Below are positions 28,265 to 37,551 of a stretch of 64,000 nt of DNA, piece after piece; the stretch's first letter is position 1, and the number at the start of each line of letters is the position of its first letter. Under the pieces are notes generated by a model. It searched no databases. It saw only the letters and a program-made list of their open reading frames with translations, and was not told the DNA's origin. Source of the stretch: Vicinamibacterales bacterium (GTDB lineage Bacteria; Acidobacteriota; Vicinamibacteria; Vicinamibacterales; CAVVIG01). The position numbers and the translations under genes were made by a program. Location of the stretch: NCBI GenBank assembly GCA_036004865.1, contig DASYQZ010000046.1, positions 11,473-75,472 of the forward strand, in the 5' to 3' direction.

Positions 28265-30528
28265 ACATAGTCCTTGGTCGTTGGTCGTGGGTCGTGGGTC
28301 CGACGGCGAAACAGCTTGCGAACGTCTGATTCGGCAAACGCCACGTCGTCTATCGAACGCGCGCGAGTGATGCGGAGCGTGGTGTCGGCGAGCCATGCCA
28401 CGTCGGAGATTGGATTCGCGGCGTCGAGGCCGAACACGGTCGCGATCGAGAACGGCCCGTCCGCCTCGCGCCTCACGCGTACGGTGGTGGTCGGCTCCAC
28501 GCGTCCGTAGGCGGGCGAATACCAGCCGAGGCCGGACGGCTCGCCGTGGAAGACCTCGACGACGCCCTCCGGAACGATGAGCGACACGGCACAAGGCGTT
28601 GAGCGCGAAGAACCCTTCTTCAACGAGCACGTGACACGCCGTCCGCTGACGTCGACGATCCACCGCGGATCGAAATGCCAGTGGACGGCCGCCGCGTGCC
28701 GGCCTTCCGCGTCGACGAAATCGGCGACCACGAGCAGATCGCCATGTCGCGCGAGAACGCGGCGGCGATGCTCGATCGGCGCGTAACCGTCGTGCGCGCC
28801 GTCGAAATAGTCGAAGCCGTCGACATTTTCGACATTGTCCCCAGGCGCCCACCGATTCATGCGCGCCCGGGCGATATGCGTCCAGTGAAACGGCCCGTTC
28901 GGCACCGACTGCGAGCGGCCGTCAACGGTCAGCGTGTTGTGCATCGCCGAGGAACGCAGGCGATCGCGCAGCTCGGGGTCGGTCGTGTAGGAGGCGGTGC
29001 CGGGATCGATCAGCAGCGGAACGCCGCGCATCGTGAAGGTGAGCGACAAGGCATCTGCGTGCGCGTGGCCGCCGTTCTGATACCCGTGAGGGCCCGCGTC
29101 GATGACGAGATGATCGCCGTTGGTCGATCGCGAGACGTAGTAGCCGGTCTCGGGCAGAGCGTTCGAAGGAATGTGGAATTCGGAATTTGGAATTTGGAAT
29201 GCGTTCTCGGCGCCGAACCAAAGTGTCTCTTCGGCGGCTCCGCCAGTCTGGAGATCGGGCCGGTTGAGCAGCGCCGCCGCGATGGCGAGGCTGTCGCGGG
29301 CATCGTCCGGCTCCCGGCCCGTGAGCGGCAGCAGCGCGCCGCCATCGTCGTCGCCGAAATGCGGCAGACGCCCGGCGTCATCCGCGAGCAATCGCGCGGC
29401 CGATGACAGACGGCCGGCCGCGCGCTCGAAGTCGGCGGCCATCGAATCGCCGGTCGCGCGCGCGACGGCGAGCGCGAGGAGATAGAAATCGAGCGCGTAG
29501 CGATGGTAATGCGCCGAGCGCTCACAGTGACCGCCGTCCGCGGCGATTTGCCGATCCATCTCCACCGCGAGAATGCGCCGGCCGGTCGCGGCGCGGCGCG
29601 CGCTGGCCGCGAGCTCAGGGAGCGCGCACCCCGCGACGTACAGCGCGAGCGCTTCCCCGAGCAGATGCGTGTTCGGGCTGAAGTAGTACGAAAGATTCCG
29701 CTCGACGTGTGCGAGCTGACGATCGAGGCCGAGCAGCAGATCGACCGTCCACGGGTGGTCGTCGGCCACCTCGGGCTCGACGAAGAACTGCAGCGCCCAC
29801 AGCCACGAGAGCGATCGAAAGGCGAGCTCGAGCATGCTCGCCCAGTTGATGCCGGTCAGCGGCGGGTTCGCCTGCATCCAGCTCGTGAGCTCGGCGATGA
29901 CGCGCGCGCGGTACTTCGCATCGCCGGTCAGCCAGTACGCGCGGCCAAGCGAAAGCCAGTGCTGATGCCGATTGAGCTCCCAGATGATCTTGTGATCGCC
30001 GCACACCGGATCCAGGTAAGGGATGGAGGACCAGAACGCCTGCGGAGCGCGGCGGTCGTGGACGGGATCTCTGTGCCAGTCTGGTAGGTCCGGTAGGCCT
30101 GCCAGGACGGGTGGGGCTGGTGGGGCAAAACGCAGACCTCGATAACCCAGCAGGTCGTACTCGCCGGCGAGGATTCGATTGGCGCGGACGGAGGCGTCGT
30201 GTGCGCTGTCCGGAAATTCGCCGCGGATGCGATCGGCGAGCGCATCTTTCATCGCTCGACGGATCACGAAACGCTGTGGCGTCGAGATCGTTGCGAAGTG
30301 ACGCGAGAGCTCGCGGTGCGCATCGCGCCATCGTCCGGCGGCGAGTGCCGTCCGCACAGCGGCAAGCTCGGGAAGCGGCGCGAGCGCCGCATGCAGGTCG
30401 TACCGGTCCCAACGCGGAGGAGTGACGGCGGCTCGCATGCGATCGCCGGCGATTCGCGCCGCGGCAGCGCCGCGCCACGCCAGTTCCGCGCGATCCATGC
30501 GCGCGACCCGCGACAGGAGGCGGCGCAT
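28240..30528 (-). CDS. Heparinase II/III-like family protein (no signal peptide)
   Basis: GDHKIIWELNRHQHW and GHAHADALS motifs. About 762 aa. ATG 30528 (MRRLLSRV) is preferred. It carries two in-frame heptamer arrays. Confidence 0.75.
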   Translation of the reverse strand: MRRLLSRVARMDRAELAWRGAAAARIAGDRMRAAVTPPRWDRYDLHAALAPLPELAAVRTALAAGRWRDAHRELSRHFATISTPQRFVIRRAMKDALADRIRGEFPDSAHDASVRANRILAGEYDLLGYRGLRFAPPAPPVLAGLPDLPDWHRDPVHDRRAPQAFWSSIPYLDPVCGDHKIIWELNRHQHWLSLGRAYWLTGDAKYRARVIAELTSWMQANPPLTGINWASMLELAFRSLSWLWALQFFVEPEVADDHPWTVDLLLGLDRQLAHVERNLSYYFSPNTHLLGEALALYVAGCALPELAASARRAATGRRILAVEMDRQIAADGGHCERSAHYHRYALDFYLLALAVARATGDSMAADFERAAGRLSSAARLLADDAGRLPHFGDDDGGALLPLTGREPDDARDSLAIAAALLNRPDLQTGGAAEETLWFGAENAFQIPNSEFHIPSNALPETGYYVSRSTNGDHLVIDAGPHGYQNGGHAHADALSLTFTMRGVPLLIDPGTASYTTDPELRDRLRSSAMHNTLTVDGRSQSVPNGPFHWTHIARARMNRWAPGDNVENVDGFDYFDGAHDGYAPIEHRRRVLARHGDLLVVADFVDAEGRHAAAVHWHFDPRWIVDVSGRRVTCSLKKGSSRSTPCAVSLIVPEGVVEVFHGEPSGLGWYSPAYGRVEPTTTVRVRREADGPFSIATVFGLDAANPISDVAWLADTTLRITRARSIDDVAFAESDVRKLFRRRTHDPRPTTKDYVCAVSQVS
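28274..28301. repeat. Half-array of heptamers (TTGGTCG TTGGTCG TGGGTCG TGGGTCC)
   Basis: Direct repeats only, with no partner arm. Located in the overlap between the heparinase-like 3' end and the region just upstream of the AsnB paralog 3 start. Confidence 0.7.
29168..29202. repeat. Half-array of heptamers (GGAATGT GGAATTC GGAATTT GGAATTT GGAATGC) inside the CDS
   Basis: Five direct 7-nt units read as FQIPNSEFHIPSN on the minus strand, within the heparinase-like ORF. Confidence 0.8.
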
Positions 30529-30536
30529 AAGCAAAA

Positions 30537-31721
30537 TCAGCTCTCCACCACAGAGGACACGGAGGACACGGAGGTTAAATCGGTTTTGTCCTCCGCGTCC
30601 TCCGTGTCCTCTGCGGTGGAGATGTCGCGGATATCCGCACTCGAACCAAGCACGTCGCGATATGCCGCTAACCACTGCTCCCGGACCGACGACCACGTGC
30701 ACGATTGCACACGCGCGCATGCCGCGCGGATGAGACGGTCGGCGTACGGCTGGTCATCGAGCAATCGCAGGACGTGCGCGGCGAGGCGCTCGTGATCGTT
30801 GAGCGGTGCGAGCAGTCCGCGCTCGCCGTGCGTGAGAATCGCCGGTACGCCTCCGGCTTCGGTCGAGACCACCGGCAGGCCGCTCGCGAACGCCTCGAGC
30901 ACGGAGGTCGGCATGTTGTCGATGTTCGGCGACTGAACGTAGATGTCGTTGGCGGCGTAGTAGTCCGCGATCCGATCCGGCGGCACGCGGCCGGTGAACT
31001 CGACCCCCGTCACACCCAGCTCGGTGACGAGGGCGCGGAGTGCGGCCTCCTCACTGCCGGCGCCCACCAGTGTCAGCGTCGCGTGGGGATGCCGATCCTG
31101 CACGAGCCGGAACGCGCGAATCGTGCAGGCGACGTTGTAGAGCTCGTCGAAGTTTCTCGTCGAAACCAGCCGCGGGCGAAGCGGGGCGCGCGCGCGAAAC
31201 GCGAATCGATCGAGGTCCACGATGTTCGGGATGACGCTGGCCTGGATGCCGAATTCGCGGAACACGTCGACCAGGAACTGCGACGGGACGATGTTCGCGT
31301 CGGCCTCGGCGACGGTCTTCCGCGCGATGGCCGATCGGCTGAGGTGATCGGGCGCCTCGCCGCTCCGGTAGTTCAGGATGACCGGCTTGCCCAGCGCCCG
31401 GCCGATGAGCATGGCCGGCAGCGGGGCGAGCAGATACGAGGCGTACGACGCGGAGAACACGTGCACGACGTCCGCGCGTGCGAGCTCGCGCACCAGCAGC
31501 GGCAGGTAGGTGAGCTCGTTGATCACCGTGCGCAGGTACTTGATGCCGAGCGCGAACCGCAGGCCCCTGGGCGGTAGAGGATTCACGGGCACGAGCCACG
31601 CGTCGACGTCCGGATCGTTCTCCCATGCCCGCAGCAATCGATCCGCCTGCACGGCCTGCCCGCCAAGAATCCGCAGCGAGGGCGCCACCACCGCGACCTT
31701 CAATCGCCGTCCGCCATCCAT
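30537..31721 (-). CDS. Glycosyltransferase family 4
   Basis: KVAVVAPSLRILGGQAV and NMPTSVLEAFASGLPVVSTEAGG. ATG 31721 is preferred. The C-terminal tail (STAEDTEDAEDKTDLTSVSSVSSVVES) is encoded by a palindromic element. Confidence 0.8.
   Translation of the reverse strand: MDGGRRLKVAVVAPSLRILGGQAVQADRLLRAWENDPDVDAWLVPVNPLPPRGLRFALGIKYLRTVINELTYLPLLVRELARADVVHVFSASYASYLLAPLPAMLIGRALGKPVILNYRSGEAPDHLSRSAIARKTVAEADANIVPSQFLVDVFREFGIQASVIPNIVDLDRFAFRARAPLRPRLVSTRNFDELYNVACTIRAFRLVQDRHPHATLTLVGAGSEEAALRALVTELGVTGVEFTGRVPPDRIADYYAANDIYVQSPNIDNMPTSVLEAFASGLPVVSTEAGGVPAILTHGERGLLAPLNDHERLAAHVLRLLDDQPYADRLIRAACARVQSCTWSSVREQWLAAYRDVLGSSADIRDISTAEDTEDAEDKTDLTSVSSVSSVVES
30543..30621. repeat. Palindromic periodic-unit element, GGAGGACAC (9-nt) family
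   Basis: The arms CTCCACCACAGAGGACACGGAGGACACGGAGG and CCTCCGCGTCCTCCGTGTCCTCTGCGGTGGAG are near reverse complements. It lies inside the 3' end of ORF 30537-31721. Confidence 0.85.
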
Positions 31722-31735
31722 CGATCCACCATTAC

Positions 31736-31750
31736 GCAAGAGCCGCGCCG
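31736..31750 (-). promoter_or_regulatory. sigma-54-like box CGGCGCGGCTCTTGC
   Basis: GG-N10-GC with TTGC at -12. There are 14 nt to ATG 31721. The -24 half is weak. Confidence 0.35.
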
Positions 31751-31998
31751 CAGCTCGTGTGTGTCGTCTGTCAAGACAGTTTTCTGCCGCGCTCACACCT
31801 GATTGATCGCAGTGTTTCTGATCACGACGCGACCGTTTCGGCACTCCAGCTTGAATCGGCTATTTTCCGAGCGAATTTGCATGCCCGCTCAAGCACCGTG
31901 TAGAAGAGGTCGAACGGCCGAGTCCGCATTCGCAACGCAGCGATCGCTTCGATCTGAACATCTCGAGAATTCCTCGGATTTCCAGCCAATGCCGGGAT

Positions 31999-32013
31999 TG
32001 GTCACGGCTTTGC
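31999..32013 (+). promoter_or_regulatory. sigma-54-like box TGGTCACGGCTTTGC
   Basis: GG-N10-GC with TTGC at -12. There are 52 nt to ATG 32066, which has a GGAGG Shine-Dalgarno sequence. Confidence 0.45.
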
Positions 32014-32065
32014 CCTGACGCGCGCGGTTCCCTACAACTGATCAAACGGCTGACCTGGAGGCTCA

Positions 32066-33490
32066 ATGCGGAAGGACGTGTCTCGTGTGTGCGCTCGCGC
32101 GATGTTCGGAGTGGTTGTGTTCGCGGCGTCGGTGTCGGCGGTGGCCGCCCAGACGACGGTCACGTTGAACCAATCGAGGCCGCAGGTGGTTTACGCGACG
32201 CTTCGCGCCGGAGCGTATGCCAACACGAACTATCCGACCGTGCTGACGACGCGCGCAGCCGACACGGCCGACAACCACCGCCGAGCGCTCCTGAAGTTCG
32301 ACACGCAGAACACGATTCCCGCCGGGAGCGCTGTCACCTCCGCGCTGCTGACGGTGACGGTCAAGAGCGGTGGCGCGACGACGCCACGAACCATCGGTGC
32401 CTATCAGGTCACGACTTCGTGGGCCGAGACCGAGACAACCTGGAACCGCCGCCGCACGACCGCCGAATGGATGACCCACGGCGGCGATCTCGGCTCGCTC
32501 ATCGCCCAGTGGGACGTCTCGAACGTCGCCGGCACCAAGGTGACCTTCGACGTCACGCCGCTGGTCAAACAGGCCGTCTCCGGCGCGCTCGGCAGCTCGC
32601 GCTACACGCGCATGGCGCTCGTCGATCTCGATCCGGCGAGTGGCGATTCGACGCGGAATTTCTACACGCCCGATGAATCGAACTCGGCGCTGCGCCCGAC
32701 ACTGAAAGTCGTCTACGGCGGGACGACGACGACCGCTGGAAGCACGACGACGCTGCGCGTGCTCGACTGGAACACGCATCATGGTGGCGTCGGCACCGAT
32801 GGCAAGCTCGACGCGGATCGCCTCATCAAGAAGGCGGCGAGCTTCAAACCCGACATCGTGTCGTTCAACGAAGTGGAGCGCTATACCGGCTGGGGAAATT
32901 ACGACGGACCTGCGGTCATGGCTGCCCTGATGAAGAAGTACACCGGTCTGACCTGGTACTACAAGTTCGCGACCGCCACCGGCGCGGCTACGGGCAACGG
33001 CAACCTGATCCTTTCGCGCTTTCCGTTCGCTGCGACCGACGTTCAACTGCTCAGCCACAATCGGTCCGCCGTGAACGCCACGATCAACGTCAACGGCCGG
33101 TCGATCAACTTCTTCTCGACACATCTCGACGCCGATTCGACGAGCTACAGGCTGCAGGAGATCGGAGAGCTGACCTCGTGGGCGAAAGGCATTGCGGAGC
33201 AACGCATCATCGCCGGCGATTTCAACGCGTGGCCCGGGTCGACCGAGAACAAGACAATGACGATCACCTACGTCGACTCGTGGGCGCAGGCGCAGACCGA
33301 CGGCACGGCGGTCGCGTATTCCGCCAACACCGCGGGCAACACGCGCAACAGCCGCATCGACTACATCTACTACTCGAAGGGCGCGACGGCCCTGAAGCTC
33401 GTGTCGTCGCAAGTGTTCGACGTCCGCGACGCGAACGGCGTGATGCCGTCGGATCACCGTCCGGTGCTGTCCGTCTTCACGGTGAAATAA
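32066..33490 (+). CDS. Secreted DNRLRE-like domain plus endonuclease/exonuclease/phosphatase (EEP) family protein
   Basis: Signal peptide, then DNHRRALLKFD...TSWAETETTWNRR. The EEP motifs are LRVLDWNTHHG, SFNEVE and SDHRPVLSVF. Confidence 0.75.
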   Translation: MRKDVSRVCARAMFGVVVFAASVSAVAAQTTVTLNQSRPQVVYATLRAGAYANTNYPTVLTTRAADTADNHRRALLKFDTQNTIPAGSAVTSALLTVTVKSGGATTPRTIGAYQVTTSWAETETTWNRRRTTAEWMTHGGDLGSLIAQWDVSNVAGTKVTFDVTPLVKQAVSGALGSSRYTRMALVDLDPASGDSTRNFYTPDESNSALRPTLKVVYGGTTTTAGSTTTLRVLDWNTHHGGVGTDGKLDADRLIKKAASFKPDIVSFNEVERYTGWGNYDGPAVMAALMKKYTGLTWYYKFATATGAATGNGNLILSRFPFAATDVQLLSHNRSAVNATINVNGRSINFFSTHLDADSTSYRLQEIGELTSWAKGIAEQRIIAGDFNAWPGSTENKTMTITYVDSWAQAQTDGTAVAYSANTAGNTRNSRIDYIYYSKGATALKLVSSQVFDVRDANGVMPSDHRPVLSVFTVK

Positions 33491-33499
33491 GTCAGGACT

Positions 33500-33581
33500 C
33501 ACGACGTTCAACGCAGCACTCGCAGAAACCGCAGAGCCAACTTTTTCTGCGAGTTCTGCGAGTTCTGCGTTGCATGTCGTG
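33500..33581. repeat. Palindromic periodic-unit element, CGCAGAA(n) family, copy 2
   Basis: CACGACGTTCAACGCAGCACTCGCAGAAACCGCAGAG ... CTGCGAGTTCTGCGAGTTCTGCGTTGCATGTCGTG, between convergent stops 33490 and 33583. Confidence 0.85.
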
Positions 33582-33582
33582 T

Positions 33583-36192
33583 TCAGGATCCCGGGTTCTC
33601 AGTCAGGATCGTCGCGTCGTTCTGACGAGGACCCGGCGGCGTGCTCAGATACGTGTTCGGGCTGAGCACGATTTGATCGACGATGGCGCCGTCCTCGCGT
33701 TGCTGAATCCGCAGCGTGTGCGTCCCTGTCGCGGCGAAGAACACGTCGACGCCGGCCGCGCCCCATCCATTGTCGGCCCAGCCCCAACCCTGATCCGCCG
33801 TACCGCTCGGACCATTCTGCAGGATGACCTCCGCGGAGCTCGTGGATCCGATCTGCATGGTCGACCCGCCGGATGAATTGACCGAGTCGCTGAACTGCAC
33901 GTGCACCGAGTCGTTCGAGAACGAATCGTTCTGCGCGCGCAATCGCACCCAGAGGTGATACGGGATGCCGGCGGTGGCGCTGAACGTCAGCTCGACGTAG
34001 CTCGCCGGATTCGCGATCGCGGGTGAAATCTTCGGCTGCGCCGCATCGGGATTCCAGGTGGCTGATCCGCTCGCGGCGGACGCGTCCGTCAGCAGTTGCC
34101 ACGCCGTGCCGACCATGCCCGACGGCGGCGCATGCGCCGTCCACAGGACGATCGTCGGATCGCCCGGCGGTGGAGGCGGCGGGGGCGGGGGTGGCGGCGG
34201 CGAGCTCGATCCGTCGTTCTCGGGCAAGATCGTCGAATCGTTGTCGCGCGGCCCCGGCGCGTTCGAGAGGTACGTGTCGGGACTCAGGACGATCTCGTCG
34301 ACGATCGCGCCGTCCTCGCGTTGCTGCACGCGAACCGTCTGCTCGCCGTCGGCAGCAAAGTAGATGTTCGAGCCGGGCGCGCCCCATCCGTTGTCCGCCC
34401 ATCCCCATCCGTTGTCCGATGGATCGCTCGTACCGTTCTGCAGCACGACCTCGGCCGAGCTCGTCGTGCCGATGCGCCACGTCGCCGTGCCGAGCGAGTC
34501 TACCGATCCGCTGAACTGGAGATGGACCGAGTCGTTGCCGAGCGAGTTGCTCTGCGCGCGCAGACGCACCCACACGTGATACGCGACACCGTGGAACGCG
34601 ACGAACGTCCGCTCGAAGTAATTCGTGGGATTCGCCAGCGCGGGCGAAATCTTCGATTGCCCCTGGTCTGGATTGTGGAGCGCGGCGCCGCCGGATGCGC
34701 TCGCGTCGGAGAGCAGCATCCAGTTGCCGTGCAGGTTGCCGGCCGACGTGTTCGACGACCAGAGAACGATCGTCGTCGCGCCCGACGGCGGCGGTGGCGG
34801 CGGCGGCGGCTCGCCGGTGGTGGTGAAGCTCCAGATGTCGCCGGTCTTCGTGAGGTTCGCGGCGGTTCGCGACACGATCTTCCAGTAGTACGTCGCACCC
34901 GACGTCAGCGTGGGCAGCGCGAAGGTCTGATTCTCCGACGTCGTTTCGCTGGGCCCGAGCGGCTGATTCGCCGCGAAGAGCGGCGGATTGGGATTGGTGC
35001 CGAAGTAAATGTCGTACGTGTGCGCCCACGGTCCGCCGGACCACGTCAGGGTCTGCCCGGTGGTCGGGACGCCGACCGCGCCGTTCGCGATCGAGATGTT
35101 CGACGGCTTGTCGGGCGGCAGCGGCACGAACGGCTGCGATTCGACGAAGCCGCCCGGCGCCGTGTTGTTCCACTTCCGCTCGAACTGATCCACGAACCAG
35201 GTGAAGATCCAGCTCTTGGTCGTGAAGTAGTTGTGCTCCTGCTGAGAGTTCGCCGACGGCGACGTCCAGTTCGACGACCCGAAGATCGTGAGGCCTTGCG
35301 AGTAGAGCAGAACCACCTTCTCGTGATTCTGGCCGTCGCTGGCGCGTACCCGCATCGGGATGCCGGCCGCGTACATCCGATCCATGTTCCACGAGACCCA
35401 GAGCCGATCGACGTCGCGGTACTCGACGGTCTCGCCCAGGTAGCGGACCGGAATGCCGCGCGCCTGGGCCGCAATCATCGCGTCGCTGTGCCGCTTGTCG
35501 GTGATGCGGTACATGATCACGTCGATCTTCTGCGTCTCGGCGTTGTATTTCTTCACCGCGCGGGTCGCGTAGTCCTGCCCCGGCGGGAAATTCATGTCGG
35601 CGCTGATCGTGAACGTCGGATAGACGCGCACGCGCGAGGTGACGTTCGCGTACGGGCTGTAGTTGACCGTGTCGGTCCACAGATCGTCGAATTTGGTCTT
35701 GAAGCTGTCGACGATCGCCGGATCGTCCTCGAAGAAAATCGTCTCCGACACGTAATTGCTGTACGGCGCGACGGGCACGAATGCGTTGTCGCTGTAGTTG
35801 GCCGATCCGAACTCGACGACGTTCTGGCCGGCGAACAGCATCGTCTTCCAGTGCATGATGCCGCCGGCGGTCTTCTTCATCATCGGAATGCCGGCGTTCT
35901 GCAACTCGTTGAGGCTCGTGGCATTCAACGGATACGTCGGATTGGCTCTCGGGTCGACGATGAGCCGCACGGGGACGCCGGCCCGCTTGCGCGCGATGAG
36001 CTCGTTGACGTAGCGCTGGTCCTCCATGAACCAGAAGCCGACGTCGATGCCGGCGGTTTCGGCGCGGATGAGATTGATGAGCGGCGTCCGGCAATCCTGG
36101 AACGATGAATCGCAGAGGCTTTCCGCGGCGTGTGCAGGCGCCGCGACGGCCAACACGAACGCGAAAACAATCGATAAATTGAGCTTTTGCAC
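33583..36192 (-). CDS. Secreted PLD-like (two HKD) enzyme with an Fn3-like domain and two tandem C-terminal modules of about 195 aa
   Basis: Signal peptide MQKLNLSIVFAFVLAVAAPAHA. HKD-like motifs HWKTMLF and HEKVVLLYS..GSSNW. YYWKI..WSFTT is Fn3-like. Two poly-Pro linkers are each followed by a homologous module (..WVRLRAQ..NDSVH.QFS..GWGWADNGWGA..QQREDGAIVD.IVLSP). Confidence 0.75.
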   Translation of the reverse strand: MQKLNLSIVFAFVLAVAAPAHAAESLCDSSFQDCRTPLINLIRAETAGIDVGFWFMEDQRYVNELIARKRAGVPVRLIVDPRANPTYPLNATSLNELQNAGIPMMKKTAGGIMHWKTMLFAGQNVVEFGSANYSDNAFVPVAPYSNYVSETIFFEDDPAIVDSFKTKFDDLWTDTVNYSPYANVTSRVRVYPTFTISADMNFPPGQDYATRAVKKYNAETQKIDVIMYRITDKRHSDAMIAAQARGIPVRYLGETVEYRDVDRLWVSWNMDRMYAAGIPMRVRASDGQNHEKVVLLYSQGLTIFGSSNWTSPSANSQQEHNYFTTKSWIFTWFVDQFERKWNNTAPGGFVESQPFVPLPPDKPSNISIANGAVGVPTTGQTLTWSGGPWAHTYDIYFGTNPNPPLFAANQPLGPSETTSENQTFALPTLTSGATYYWKIVSRTAANLTKTGDIWSFTTTGEPPPPPPPPSGATTIVLWSSNTSAGNLHGNWMLLSDASASGGAALHNPDQGQSKISPALANPTNYFERTFVAFHGVAYHVWVRLRAQSNSLGNDSVHLQFSGSVDSLGTATWRIGTTSSAEVVLQNGTSDPSDNGWGWADNGWGAPGSNIYFAADGEQTVRVQQREDGAIVDEIVLSPDTYLSNAPGPRDNDSTILPENDGSSSPPPPPPPPPPPPGDPTIVLWTAHAPPSGMVGTAWQLLTDASAASGSATWNPDAAQPKISPAIANPASYVELTFSATAGIPYHLWVRLRAQNDSFSNDSVHVQFSDSVNSSGGSTMQIGSTSSAEVILQNGPSGTADQGWGWADNGWGAAGVDVFFAATGTHTLRIQQREDGAIVDQIVLSPNTYLSTPPGPRQNDATILTENPGS

Positions 36193-36204
36193 GCTGTCGG
36201 GATT

Positions 36205-36219
36205 GCCAGATGAGTGCCA
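36205..36219 (-). promoter_or_regulatory. sigma-54-like box TGGCACTCATCTGGC
   Basis: The -24 half is a perfect TGGCAC. The -12 half is TGGC, one mismatch from TTGC. There are 12 nt to GTG 36192. Confidence 0.35.
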
Positions 36220-36336
36220 CGGATTCGCGTGGCGCGCGAAACCGTGAGGCGTCAGATGCTTGCGACGAGTGAGAAAACGGTGTGACAGACGAGCGCGGAA
36301 ACGTATTTCCGCTTCTGGGTTGTTGCGCGGCCCAGA

Positions 36337-37374
36337 TTAGGTCGGCGCATAAGGCCCGAGGTTGACTTTTATTTCAGATTGCAACGGGCTCGACCGATGA
36401 GCCCGGCTGCCGCGCGCATACCCGGCGAAATAGCAGAGCATGGCTTCGTGACGCATGCGGCGCACGGCGTCGCGCGCCAGCCACGCGCTCAGCCAGCCGG
36501 ACAGGTCGCGGATCGCGGAGCCGACCATGAAGCGCGGCACGCCGGCGATTCGCGGCACGGTCGCCAGGTCGACGCCGAGCTCGGTGACCGGATGATGCCG
36601 ATCGAGCCGCGATCGCGCCACGCCTTTCCAGTACCACCACCTTCGAAAATAGTCGCGCGTCAGCCGCCGCGCGGGCACGTGGTGGTGCAGCGACATCCCG
36701 GGCACGTAGAGTCCGCGAGCGCCGATCGCGCGCGAACGGCAGAAGAACTCTGCCTGCTCCTGCCCGAGCAGGGAATTGCCGCGGCGGCCCAGCCCGGGAT
36801 CGAAACCGCCGATGCGATCGATCAGCTCGCGCCGCACCGCCATGTTCGCCCCAAGCGGGACGCGGCGGCGATCCTCGAACACGAACGGCTCGGGCCCGTA
36901 ATCCAGAATCGCGAGCGTGCCCCAGAGATCCGAGCGCGTTTCATCAAGCCAGGGCGGACATGGCCGTTCCCAGATCGGGCGAACTGGTCCGCCTGTGTAG
37001 TCGACACTCGCGTCGCCGGTCGCCGCCAGCATCGGCCGGCAGCCCGCTTCCAGCCAGTCCTCGTTCACGCGCACATCGTCGTCGGTGAACACGATGATCG
37101 CCGCGTCGCTTTCCGCGATCCCGGTGTTCAGCGCGTGCGACTTGCCCTGACGCGGCTCGAACACATACCGGAGCTCGACCGGATACCCGGCGATGCGCGA
37201 TTTGACGACGGCGGCCGTGTGATCCGTCGAGTTGTTGTCGACAACGATGACGTTCCAGCGCAAGCCGCCGCTGGTGCGGCTGAGCGCGAGGCTGTCGAGC
37301 GTCTCCGCGAGGAGATCGCCGCGGTTATAGGTGCAAATCAGGACGGTCGCGTCAAGCGGTCGAGCTACGGACAT
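36337..37374 (-). CDS. Glycosyltransferase family 2 (paralog a)
   Basis: VLICTYNRGDLL, VVDNNSTD and FTDDDV. About 45 percent identical by eye to 38213-39208. ATG 37374 is preferred over 37419. Confidence 0.8.
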   Translation of the reverse strand: MSVARPLDATVLICTYNRGDLLAETLDSLALSRTSGGLRWNVIVVDNNSTDHTAAVVKSRIAGYPVELRYVFEPRQGKSHALNTGIAESDAAIIVFTDDDVRVNEDWLEAGCRPMLAATGDASVDYTGGPVRPIWERPCPPWLDETRSDLWGTLAILDYGPEPFVFEDRRRVPLGANMAVRRELIDRIGGFDPGLGRRGNSLLGQEQAEFFCRSRAIGARGLYVPGMSLHHHVPARRLTRDYFRRWWYWKGVARSRLDRHHPVTELGVDLATVPRIAGVPRFMVGSAIRDLSGWLSAWLARDAVRRMRHEAMLCYFAGYARGSRAHRSSPLQSEIKVNLGPYAPT

Positions 37375-37389
37375 CGGCTGAGTAACGTT

Positions 37390-37404
37390 GCAAACGGCCT
37401 GCCT
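37390..37404 (-). promoter_or_regulatory. sigma-54-like box AGGCAGGCCGTTTGC
   Basis: GG-N10-GC with TTTGCA at -12. There are 15 nt to ATG 37374. The -24 half is imperfect. Confidence 0.35.
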
Positions 37405-37551
37405 GATGGGGACGGGCAATCATTGTGCTCAGGCAGCTATCGTGAGCGTCAGACCCACACATTTCGGCAGGCACGATGAGGGCGCGATTCTTCTTTTTCA
37501 CTCTGCGCGGGGGCCCACCCGGCCGAAGCCTTCGCGCTCGAACGACTCGAA

